Shown here piece after piece: positions 15,204 to 23,618 of a stretch of DNA of 64,000 nucleotides. Every line of letters starts with the position of its first letter. The first letter of the stretch is position 1. Origin of the DNA: Lachnospiraceae bacterium. Its GTDB lineage: Bacteria; Bacillota; Clostridia; Lachnospirales; Lachnospiraceae. The notes under the pieces are model-generated. The model was not told where the DNA came from. It worked only from the letters and a program-made list of their open reading frames with translations, and made no database searches. The stretch is taken from assembly GCA_030526245.1 (NCBI GenBank), contig JAUNDD010000002.1:35972-99971 (forward strand), given 5' to 3'. The position numbers and the translations under genes are program-made.

Positions 15204-15860
15204 TCAGGCCTGCGGCGGAGTGATCACCAGCTTGAAGATCGGGTTGCCGGCACTGGAGAAGCGCTCCTCGTACTCGGTCATGATATTGCCTTCCATCAGC
15301 TTTTCATCGGCATGCAGGTTCCAGGTGAGTACATCGATGGTCCAGCCTTCCTCCTGTGCACATTCGATGGCAAAGGTGAAGAGATCACGGTTGTCGGTCT
15401 TAAACTCGATGTGAGCACCCTTCTTCAGAATCTGCTGATAGCGGCGCAGAAATTCCCGGCTGGGGAGACGACGGGACGCGTGACGGTCCTTGGGCCAGGG
15501 ATCGGAGAAGTTCAGATAGATTCCATCCACCTCCTGGGGACCGAATACCTCGGTGATATCCACCGCATCCATACGAAGGAACCACAGATTGTTCAACTCC
15601 TCGCTGACAGCACGTTTTTCCAGTGCCCGGAGCAGAACGCTGGAGTATTTTTCGATACCTACAAAATTGGTATCCGGATGAGTCTGGGCCTGTTCCATGA
15701 TAAAGCGGCCCTTGCCCATGCCGATCTCCAGCCAGAGCGGCTGATCGTTGCCGAATACTTCGTTCCAGTGTCCTTTCTTGTCACGCATTACATCCTCGTG
15801 TACCACGTATTCGCTGGCGGCGATGGTTTCGCGTGAGCCCGGTATATTTCTTAAGCGCAT
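15204..15860 (-). CDS. trmB: tRNA (guanine46-N7)-methyltransferase
   Basis: MRLRNIPGSRE...WLEIGMGKGRFI...NFVGIEK...LNFSDPWPKDRHASRRL is a typical TrmB sequence. The start is taken at the internal Met, because the longer ORF to 15953 has no similarity or RBS support. Confidence 0.9.
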   Translation of the reverse strand: MRLRNIPGSRETIAASEYVVHEDVMRDKKGHWNEVFGNDQPLWLEIGMGKGRFIMEQAQTHPDTNFVGIEKYSSVLLRALEKRAVSEELNNLWFLRMDAVDITEVFGPQEVDGIYLNFSDPWPKDRHASRRLPSREFLRRYQQILKKGAHIEFKTDNRDLFTFAIECAQEEGWTIDVLTWNLHADEKLMEGNIMTEYEERFSSAGNPIFKLVITPPQA

Positions 15861-16207
15861 ACTTGATTTACTCCAATCCTGTCGGTGAAATTCTACTTTT
15901 TGAATTGATGGATCTGGGCGTTGCAGCATGCAGCGAACTGCTCCGGTATCCAAAAGCTCGCATTTCAGAGGCGCTTTTAGCGGAGGAGAGATCCACGCCT
16001 ACGGAGACCAAAATGCGAGGGCCACACCCCGAGCATTTTATATATGGTCGTAGTTGGCGTTAGCTCGACGGAGCGTTGCCTCAGCGAGCGTTGGATCTGG
16101 ACAGGAGCTGCTCCCGAACAGTTTCAAAAAGTACAGTTTAGTTAACTGGCAGGTAAAACGACCTGCGCACACCTACACAACATATATGAAGGAAGCACAT
16201 TTGTCAA

Positions 16208-16246
16208 ACGACAAAACACAACGCCGCACCCCGAAGGATGCGGCGC
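16208..16246 (-). terminator. rho-independent terminator of the phosphohexomutase gene
   Basis: On the minus strand, CGCCGCAtccttcgggGTGCGGCG followed by TTGTGTTTTGTCGTTTG. Confidence 0.65.
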
Positions 16247-16289
16247 TGTATATAAAATGGCAAAAAGAAAATTTAAGATCAGTAATGCA

Positions 16290-17972
16290 TCAGGAGAAGA
16301 TCGGCTTCAGGGCTGCAGCCAGCGTATCCTTCTGAGCCTGCGCCTCGGTCAGGTCCTTGCCAAGGGTGGTGTAGTAAGCCTTGATCTTGGGCTCGGTTCC
16401 GGACGGACGGATGATCACGTTGGCACCGCCCTCCAGGGTGTAGGACAGAACGTTGGCAGCCGGCAGGCCGGTCTCCTCGGTCTTGTTGTAGTCCACAGCC
16501 TTGGTGACCTTCAGACCTGCGATCTCGGACAGCGGTGTCTCACGCAGCTGAGCCATGATGCCGGCCATCTTGTCCATGCCGGACAGACCCGGGAATTCGA
16601 AGCTGTCGGTCTTGTTCAGATAGCGGCCGTACTCGGCGTAGATCTCCTCCAGACGCTGCTTGAGGGAGCTGCCGATGCTGCGGTAGTAGGCAGCCATTTC
16701 GCAGATGAGCATGGAACCGATGACAGCATCCTTGTCGCGGACATACGGTCCGGCCAGATAGCCGTAGCTTTCCTCGAAGCCGAAGATGAAGCGGTCTACT
16801 TCGCCGGCTGCTTCCAGCTGTGCGATCTGATCGCCGATCCACTTGAAGCCGGTGAGCACGTTGCGCATTTCAACACCGTAGTGTGCAGCGATGGCATCTG
16901 CCAGCGGAGTGGAAACCAGGGACTTAACGGCAACCGCCTTGGCCGGCATGGTGCCCTTTTCAATACGGCCTGCACAGATGTAGTCCAGAAGGAGAGCGCC
17001 GACTTCGTTACCGCTGACCAGCTCGTAGGAGCCGTCCGGACACTTCATGGCGATACCCACACGGTCTGCATCCGGGTCGGTGGCCAGCATCAGATCTGCG
17101 CCGGTCTCCTTAGCCAGCTCCAGACCCTTTTCCAGAGCGGCAAAGATCTCCGGATTCGGGTAGCTGCAGGTGGTGAAGTAACCGTTGGGGTATTCCTGCT
17201 CCGGTACGATGGTGATGTCGGTGATGCCGATATCCTTTAAGATCTGGGTGACCGGAACGAGACCGGAACCGTTGAGCGGGCTGTAGACCAGCTTCAGGCC
17301 GGCGGTCTGGCACAGCCCCGGACGAACCTGACGGGACTCAATGGCTTCGTACAGAGCTTTCTTGCAATCGTCGCCAACGAAACGGATCAGGCCGTTTTCA
17401 ACGCCTTCAGCGAAGGAGATGTATTTAGCGCCGGTGAGGACATCGGTCTTGCAGATCTCTTCATATACAATAGCGGCAGCGTCATCCGTCATCTGGCATC
17501 CGTCCGGACCGTAGGCCTTGTAGCCGTTGTACTGAGCCGGATTGTGGGAGGCGGTAACCATGATACCGGCGTTGCACTGATAGTAGCGGGTGGCAAAGGA
17601 AAGAGCCGGAACCGGCATCAGTGCATCGTAAATGCGGACTTTGATACCGTTGGCAGCCAGAACACCGGCAGCGGTTTTGGCAAAGACATCGCTCTTAAGA
17701 CGGCTGTCGTAGCTGATGGCTACGGTCTGATTGCCGCCCTGGGTCTTCACCCAGTTAGCCAGACCCTGGGTAGCCTGACGAACCACATAAATATTCATGC
17801 GGTTGGTGCCGGCACCGAGCACGCCGCGAAGGCCGGCGGTACCAAACTTCAGGGAAACAGCAAAGCGCTCCTTGATCTGCTCGTCGTCGCCCTCGATCTT
17901 GGAAAGCTCCGGTTTCAGGTCAGCATCCTCCAGGTCGGCTGCAAGCCAACGTTTGTACTCATCTAAATACAT
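16290..17972 (-). CDS. phosphoglucomutase/phosphomannomutase family phospho-sugar mutase
   Basis: 560 aa. Active-site loop GIMVTASHNPAQYNGYK and metal site ATDPDADR. RBS AAGGAGAA. Confidence 0.9.
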   Translation of the reverse strand: MYLDEYKRWLAADLEDADLKPELSKIEGDDEQIKERFAVSLKFGTAGLRGVLGAGTNRMNIYVVRQATQGLANWVKTQGGNQTVAISYDSRLKSDVFAKTAAGVLAANGIKVRIYDALMPVPALSFATRYYQCNAGIMVTASHNPAQYNGYKAYGPDGCQMTDDAAAIVYEEICKTDVLTGAKYISFAEGVENGLIRFVGDDCKKALYEAIESRQVRPGLCQTAGLKLVYSPLNGSGLVPVTQILKDIGITDITIVPEQEYPNGYFTTCSYPNPEIFAALEKGLELAKETGADLMLATDPDADRVGIAMKCPDGSYELVSGNEVGALLLDYICAGRIEKGTMPAKAVAVKSLVSTPLADAIAAHYGVEMRNVLTGFKWIGDQIAQLEAAGEVDRFIFGFEESYGYLAGPYVRDKDAVIGSMLICEMAAYYRSIGSSLKQRLEEIYAEYGRYLNKTDSFEFPGLSGMDKMAGIMAQLRETPLSEIAGLKVTKAVDYNKTEETGLPAANVLSYTLEGGANVIIRPSGTEPKIKAYYTTLGKDLTEAQAQKDTLAAALKPIFS

Positions 17973-18169
17973 ATTTTTTCTCCTTGTTCATAATTTAGCC
18001 TGTGAAGGGAAAAGGGATGGAAAAACCCTGCCCATCGATAGCTGGCTTTAGTCAAAATGACAAAAACACACCTATAATATACCGCTTGGCTTGGTAAGTG
18101 TCAATAAAGCGAAAGGCTGTTTGGAACAGAAAAACAGGAAAAAATGTTTGGCTGAGAGATGGGTTTAAC

Positions 18170-18197
18170 TTGACATTTCCAGGTGGATATGTAATAT
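18170..18197 (+). promoter_or_regulatory. candidate sigma-A promoter of the second P60 gene
   Basis: TTGACA at 18170-18175, a 16-nt spacer ending in TG, then TAATAT at 18192-18197. Confidence 0.5.
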
Positions 18198-18325
18198 TTT
18201 TAATATGCCGTAATATTTTTGTAATAAGTGAAGCAAAAATGTTCGAAACAAAGATCCTGAGATCAGGACTGTGCGAGCCTGCGGCAGGCCGGCGGTCTGC
18301 CGGAAGAAATGGAGTTAAAAGCCTT

Positions 18326-20461
18326 ATGAAGAAATTTTACCGATATATAATAGGAAGCCTGCTGGCGATGCTGCTGCTTTCGGGCAGTGCGCTGGCCGAC
18401 TGGAAGACGACCCCCGAGGGTAAGATCTATACCACCACCGCCAACAAGGCCGGCTACTATACCGGCTGGCATACCATCGATGGCAAACGGTATTATTTTT
18501 CGCCGTCCAACGGCGTTATGCAGACGGGCTGGCAGAAGATCGACGGGTACACCTACTATCTGGGAAGCAACGGACAGATGAGGACCGGCTGGCGGACCAT
18601 TGAGAAGAAGGTCTATTATTTTGGCAGCAATGGCCGTATGCGGATCGGTTTCATTAATTTTAAAAACGGTGACAGCACATACACCTGCCTCTTTGATGAG
18701 AACGGTGTTCGGCAGAGCGGATTGGTGTGGGTCAAAAACGATCTGTACTACTTCGGTGATAAGGGCGTCATGCAGAAGGGCCGTTTCAAGGCGAACGGCA
18801 AGTTCTACTATGGAGATCCGGCCACCGGCGTTCTGGCCCGGAACAAGTGGGTCGGCAATTATTACTACCAGGCGGACGGAACCATGGCTGCCAATCAGTG
18901 GGTCGACGGAAAGTGGCTGGGATCCACCGGTCTGTGGAACAACGGCAACACCGGCGGCATGGTCGTTAAAGGCGGCAAGACCTACTTTATCGATAAAAAC
19001 GGAAAGAAGAAGACCGGCTGGCTGATCAGCAACGGAAAGAAATACTACTTCGACAGCAAGGGTGTCATGAAGAAGGGCTGGTTTACCGTCGGCAATTACA
19101 CCTACTACGCCGGCAGCGACGGAGCTCTCTGGCAGGATCGCTGGAACGGACGGAAGTACCTGACCGTGACCGGAGCCATGGCCAAGGGCTGGCAGACCAT
19201 CGGAGGCAAACGCTACTGCTTTAAGAGCAGCGGTGTGCGCCGGCATGGCTGGGCCAAGGTGGACGGCAAAAACCTCCACTTTACCAAGGGTGTGCTGGAC
19301 ACCAACAAGTGGCTGGTCAAGAGTAAGAAAAAAGTATATGTGGGTGCGGATGGACAGCGTCTCACCGGTCTGCAGGAGATCGGCGGAAATACCTATTATT
19401 TCTCCACGGCCTCCGGCAATCCCATGCTGACGGGCTGGCTGAAACTGTCCGGCAAGATCTACTACGCGCATCCGACTACCGGTGCAATCGTAAAGAACAA
19501 GGCCTTTACGGTCGGAAAGTATCGATACTATGCTCAGGAAAACGGCGCACTGGCCACGGGGCTGACGAAGATCGGCAGCAAACTGTATTACTTCACCACC
19601 ACCAAGGGCCGGATGAGCAAGAACAAGAAGCGTGTGGTCAAGGGCGACACCTACTATTTCGGTTCAGACGGTGCGGCGCTGATGAAGCAGTGGAAGCAGA
19701 TCAGCGGCAAGTATTACTACTTTGGTGCGGAAGGCAAGATGCTGAAGAACACCATCGTGGACGGCTACTCCGTAGGAGCCGACGGTGTGCGCGGGGCCAA
19801 GACCACAGCGAATGGCTGGCAGACCATCGACGGCAAGAAGGTCTATGTGAAAAATGGCAGCATCCTGAAGGGCTGGCAGACCGTTGACGGAAGCCGGTAT
19901 TATTTCGATAAGACCAGCGGAGCCATGTTCACCGGCATTCAGGAGATCGACGGAAAGAAGTATTATTTCTATCCCACCGGCAAGCTGGCTACCAATATTT
20001 CACTGGCCGTAGGCAGCAAGGTCTACACCATCAATACCTCCGGTGTGGTTACAAAGGAGGCGGTGATCAACGTATCCGGCAATAACAAGGGTGCTCAGAT
20101 CGCCAAGTATGCGGTGAAGTTCGTGGGCAATCCCTATGTCTGGGGCGGCACCAGCCTGACCAACGGCGCGGACTGTTCCGGTTTCGTGCTGTCCGTATTC
20201 AAAAACTTCGGTATCACGGTCAAGCGTGTGGCGGACGACCAGATGAAGGGCGGCGGCTACATCGTCAAGAATACCTCGGATATGCTGCCGGGTGACCTGG
20301 TCTTCTACGGCCAGAGCAACTACGCCAGCCACGTGGCGATCTACATCGGAAACGGACAGATCGTACATGCCAGCAATTCCCAGCCCTATCCGGCGGGCGG
20401 CATCAAGATCTCCAATTATAACTACCAGACACCGATCCGGATCGTGCGGTACTGGACCTGA
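18326..20461 (+). CDS. cell-wall-binding-repeat (CW_binding_1/glucan-binding type) protein with a C-terminal NlpC/P60 endopeptidase domain
   Basis: Signal peptide MKKFYRYIIGSLLAMLLLSGSALA. More than 20 copies of the ~20-aa GW.k..gk.YYf...G.m.tGW repeat. C-terminal GNPYVWGGTSLTNGADCSGF...SHVAIYIGNG...HAS. Confidence 0.9.
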   Translation: MKKFYRYIIGSLLAMLLLSGSALADWKTTPEGKIYTTTANKAGYYTGWHTIDGKRYYFSPSNGVMQTGWQKIDGYTYYLGSNGQMRTGWRTIEKKVYYFGSNGRMRIGFINFKNGDSTYTCLFDENGVRQSGLVWVKNDLYYFGDKGVMQKGRFKANGKFYYGDPATGVLARNKWVGNYYYQADGTMAANQWVDGKWLGSTGLWNNGNTGGMVVKGGKTYFIDKNGKKKTGWLISNGKKYYFDSKGVMKKGWFTVGNYTYYAGSDGALWQDRWNGRKYLTVTGAMAKGWQTIGGKRYCFKSSGVRRHGWAKVDGKNLHFTKGVLDTNKWLVKSKKKVYVGADGQRLTGLQEIGGNTYYFSTASGNPMLTGWLKLSGKIYYAHPTTGAIVKNKAFTVGKYRYYAQENGALATGLTKIGSKLYYFTTTKGRMSKNKKRVVKGDTYYFGSDGAALMKQWKQISGKYYYFGAEGKMLKNTIVDGYSVGADGVRGAKTTANGWQTIDGKKVYVKNGSILKGWQTVDGSRYYFDKTSGAMFTGIQEIDGKKYYFYPTGKLATNISLAVGSKVYTINTSGVVTKEAVINVSGNNKGAQIAKYAVKFVGNPYVWGGTSLTNGADCSGFVLSVFKNFGITVKRVADDQMKGGGYIVKNTSDMLPGDLVFYGQSNYASHVAIYIGNGQIVHASNSQPYPAGGIKISNYNYQTPIRIVRYWT

Positions 20462-20539
20462 TGTCCGGGCGAGGACGCGTGACAGACTGACCTGGAAAAG
20501 GGGAGTCTGACAGGCAAAATACATGAACAAAAAGCAAGG

Positions 20540-20570
20540 GGGCTCTGCGCAGGCAGAGCCCTTTTCTCTT
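20540..20570 (+). terminator. rho-independent terminator of the P60 gene
   Basis: 9-bp stem GGGCTCTGC-gcag-GCAGAGCCC followed by TTTTCTCTT. Confidence 0.85.
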
Positions 20571-20584
20571 AAGGAAATCTTCGG

Positions 20585-20612
20585 TTGAAATGGACCCCGG
20601 CGGTGTTATAAT
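20585..20612 (+). promoter_or_regulatory. extended -10 sigma-A promoter of the motA-like/motB-like operon
   Basis: TTGAAA at 20585-20590, a 16-nt spacer, then TGtTATAAT at 20604-20612. It lies about 215 nt upstream of the start codon. Confidence 0.6.
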
Positions 20613-20827
20613 CGTTACAGTATACATACGATGGGTAGACAGGCGGATCATCCGTGTGAGACCCGAAATGTATCCATGTATTAAACGGGGAGAACAATGG
20701 GTGACAGACGCGTCCGGCGCGGCTGTCGGAAACGGTCGGATCGGAGCATCCGGCCATGAAAAATGAGGCTGCTTATGAGAAAGGAAAGAAGAACCGTCAT
20801 GAGCAGACCTTAGGGAGGGGTTATACC

Positions 20828-22264
20828 ATGCGAAAAACATCGAATGTGATCGTAGGCCTGATGTCAGCGGCTGTTTGCGCGTTTGTGTCCTACATGATGC
20901 TGGGTTCGGGCCTGTTTACGATCATTTACAATCTGGGATTTCTGGCGATCATGCTGCTAATCCTCATTCTGGCGGAAGTGTTCGGCTTCCGGCGGATGCG
21001 GCAGACGGTAAAGGGCCTGGACAGTGCATCCCGCAAGCTGATGGCGGCCTATAAAAACAAGCCGGATCTGCTGGAGCTGACCAGAGCCGGCGCTCAGATC
21101 TTTGAGGTGGAGTATCTGGACCGCAAGTACCAGGAATATCTGGGGTACCTGCGCAAAACCAACAGTCCCTGCGATATCGGTGACTACATCGGCGAATATG
21201 AGATCAACAACTACACCCACCGTCGGCTGGTGGAGATGGTACCGGATATCCTGACCAGCTTCGGTATTCTGGGAACCTTCATCGGTCTGGTCATCGGTCT
21301 GGCCGGCTTTAATCCGGTTTCCTATGAGGCCATGGCGACCTCCATCACCTCGCTGGTGGAAGGTATCAAGATCGCTTTCGTTACCTCGATCTACGGTATC
21401 TCCCTGTCGATGGCTTACAATTACTGGCTGCGCGGCGCGCTGACCGGTGTGTCCGAGAGCCTGGACAATTTCCTGGACAAGTATTATCTGTGTGCGGTCT
21501 CGCCCACGGATGCCACCGCCATGAACCATGTGCTGGCGAACCAGAAGGAGCAGATCCGGGCCCTGGAGACCATGGGACGGGATATGTCGGAGCAGATGAG
21601 CGGCGCCCTGGATCCGGTCCTGGCTCAGATCAGCCAGACGCTGGAGGACTTTGTGGGCGTGGTGACCCTTAATCAGCAGGAAATGCTGGAACGGGTGGCC
21701 TCCCAGGTGGCCAGCTCCATGAAAAAGGAGTACATGACCGAGTTTTTCGAGATGCACAATATCTTAAAGGAGACCAACCGGGCACAGAAGGAATATCTGA
21801 ATATCCTGGGAGATGCCCAGCATACCTTTGAGGAGAGCATCCGCAGAAGTGCCGGCGAGATCGCGGCAGCGGCTTCCGGTGTGGCGGCCAGTCAGAAGGA
21901 AACTGCCAGACAGCTGGAGCAGCAGCAGGAGCACTTAAGCCAGTTTGTGGCGTATATGAGTGAAGTGATGCAGCGCATGAGCACGGGCATGAGTGCCATG
22001 AACGAGCAGACCGGCAAAGCCCTGGAGGCCATGACCGGACAGGCGGAGAGCCTGAAGGTGCTGGCGGAGCAGAGTGCGGCCAATGCGGCGCGGGCTCAGC
22101 GGGCACTGGAGGATGCAAGAGCGGCGGCGGAAGAGGTGGAACACCCCACCGTGCATACGCAGATCGAGGATATGGAAGAGCTGACCCAGCGGCTGGACCG
22201 GGTGGCGGATCTGATGGAGCGTCAGGCCCGGAAGGCACCGGCCAAGAAGGGATTTTTCAGATAA
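20828..22264 (+). CDS. MotA/TolQ/ExbB family proton-channel protein with a ~250-aa C-terminal coiled-coil tail (ZorA-like architecture)
   Basis: 478 aa starting at ATG 20828 after GGGAGGGG. Two N-terminal TM helices. Channel core PDILTSFGILGTFIGLVIGL...LVEGIKIAFVTSIYGISLSMAYNYWL. This is followed by a Q/E/A/M-rich helical region with no further hydrophobic segment. Confidence 0.8.
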   Translation: MRKTSNVIVGLMSAAVCAFVSYMMLGSGLFTIIYNLGFLAIMLLILILAEVFGFRRMRQTVKGLDSASRKLMAAYKNKPDLLELTRAGAQIFEVEYLDRKYQEYLGYLRKTNSPCDIGDYIGEYEINNYTHRRLVEMVPDILTSFGILGTFIGLVIGLAGFNPVSYEAMATSITSLVEGIKIAFVTSIYGISLSMAYNYWLRGALTGVSESLDNFLDKYYLCAVSPTDATAMNHVLANQKEQIRALETMGRDMSEQMSGALDPVLAQISQTLEDFVGVVTLNQQEMLERVASQVASSMKKEYMTEFFEMHNILKETNRAQKEYLNILGDAQHTFEESIRRSAGEIAAAASGVAASQKETARQLEQQQEHLSQFVAYMSEVMQRMSTGMSAMNEQTGKALEAMTGQAESLKVLAEQSAANAARAQRALEDARAAAEEVEHPTVHTQIEDMEELTQRLDRVADLMERQARKAPAKKGFFR

Positions 22265-22275
22265 GAGGATAAACG

Positions 22276-23352
22276 ATGAAGAAGGTAAATCGAAGAAGAA
22301 TGGACGACAGCACGCCCCATAACGTCTGGCGATCCTTTTCGGATATGATGTCCGGACTGCTCCTTCTGTTTGTCCTGATTATGGCAGTCTGTCTGATGCA
22401 GGCGCAGAAGAACTATACGGAAAAGCTGGCGGAGCAGGCCAAGCAGTCCCAGACCTTAAGCGAGCTGCAGGCCAGCCAGAGCCAGGTCAGTGAGCAGCAG
22501 GAAAAGCTCAGCGAGCAGGAGGCGACCCTGGCGGAGCAGGCCAGCGCCCTGGAGACCCTTCAGGCTGCGCTGGAGGCCCATCAGCTGAGCCTCAATGAAA
22601 AGGAGACGGAGCTGGAGAATGCCCAGTTGGCACTGGATGCCCAGACGCTGCTTCTTAATGAGCGGGAGTCGGAGTTGGCTCTGTCCCAGGCAAGCTTAAG
22701 TGCCTCCCAGCTGAAGCTGGACGAGGCCAACGCTCTGATGCTGCAGCAGCAGAGCAAGATCGACCAGATCATCGGTGTCAAGGCGGATCTGGTGGCGGCG
22801 CTGAACGATGAGTTTAAAAAGAACAGCATCTCGGTGCAGATCGATTCGAATACGGGCGCGATCCTGCTCGACTCCAGCGTTCTGTTCGAATTCAGTGAAA
22901 GTGAGCTGACTTCGGCCGGTATGGAGGTGCTCGATCAGGTGCTGGAGCCCTACTGTGAGGTATTGCTTCGCGAGGAATATGTGAATTACATTGCAGAAAT
23001 CATCATTGATGGTTATACTGATTCCAGTGGAGATTATCAATCGAACCTGATGCTGTCACAGCAGCGCGCCTACGCGGTGGCTGCGTACCTGACAGATACG
23101 ATGTATCAGTTCCTGAGCGGGCCCCAGACCGAGATCCTTCTCGGCAAGCTGACGGCAAACGGAAAATCCTCCAGCAATCTGATTCTGGAAGCGGACGGAC
23201 GGGAGAATGCAGACGCATCCCGTCGTGTTGAGATCAAGTTCCGCCTGAAGGATGAGGAGATGATCAGCGAGCTGCAGAAGCTGATCGTGGAGAGCCAGGC
23301 GGCAGCGGGCGGAGAGACAGCAGTTGCGGAAGCGGCTGCTGAGCAGGAATAA
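22276..23352 (+). CDS. MotB/OmpA family protein with a long coiled-coil linker and a C-terminal peptidoglycan-binding domain
   Basis: 358 aa. MotB-type N-terminus WRSFSDMMSGLLLLFVLIMAV with the conserved Asp. About 140 aa of heptad-like Q/E/L/S/A sequence. OmpA-like IIDGYTDSSGDYQSNLMLSQQRAYAVAAYL...ADASRRVEIKF. Lies 11 nt after the MotA-like gene. Confidence 0.8.
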   Translation: MKKVNRRRMDDSTPHNVWRSFSDMMSGLLLLFVLIMAVCLMQAQKNYTEKLAEQAKQSQTLSELQASQSQVSEQQEKLSEQEATLAEQASALETLQAALEAHQLSLNEKETELENAQLALDAQTLLLNERESELALSQASLSASQLKLDEANALMLQQQSKIDQIIGVKADLVAALNDEFKKNSISVQIDSNTGAILLDSSVLFEFSESELTSAGMEVLDQVLEPYCEVLLREEYVNYIAEIIIDGYTDSSGDYQSNLMLSQQRAYAVAAYLTDTMYQFLSGPQTEILLGKLTANGKSSSNLILEADGRENADASRRVEIKFRLKDEEMISELQKLIVESQAAAGGETAVAEAAAEQE

Positions 23353-23618
23353 TAAGATTGGCAATTGAACAGCAGCAGGTTCAGATCTTCGGGAAATCTG
23401 CCGTGATCGTCCGGTATGGCGTTTGGTGAACAACGGCATGCCGGTACGGGAGCGGATTCTTTCGAAGATTTGTTCCTGTGTTATCGATAAGGGTGAAGAT
23501 GGTACGGTTCAGGCAAACTGGAGTGGATTTTGTCATGTACAGTTTATTGCGGAACGGCAGCGGTAAGCGGCCGGCCTGAGTCGGGAAGCAGCCGGAGAAG
23601 GAAGACAGGAGGTAGATC

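Noticed and set aside
20828-23352. Annotating the MotA/MotB-like pair as a complete Zorya defence system or as a flagellar stator.
   Set aside because: No ZorC/D/E/F/G-like genes are adjacent; the only HNH gene is 15 kb away in a separate transcription unit on the other strand. No flagellar or chemotaxis genes are in the window. It is kept as an orphan stator-like module of unknown function.
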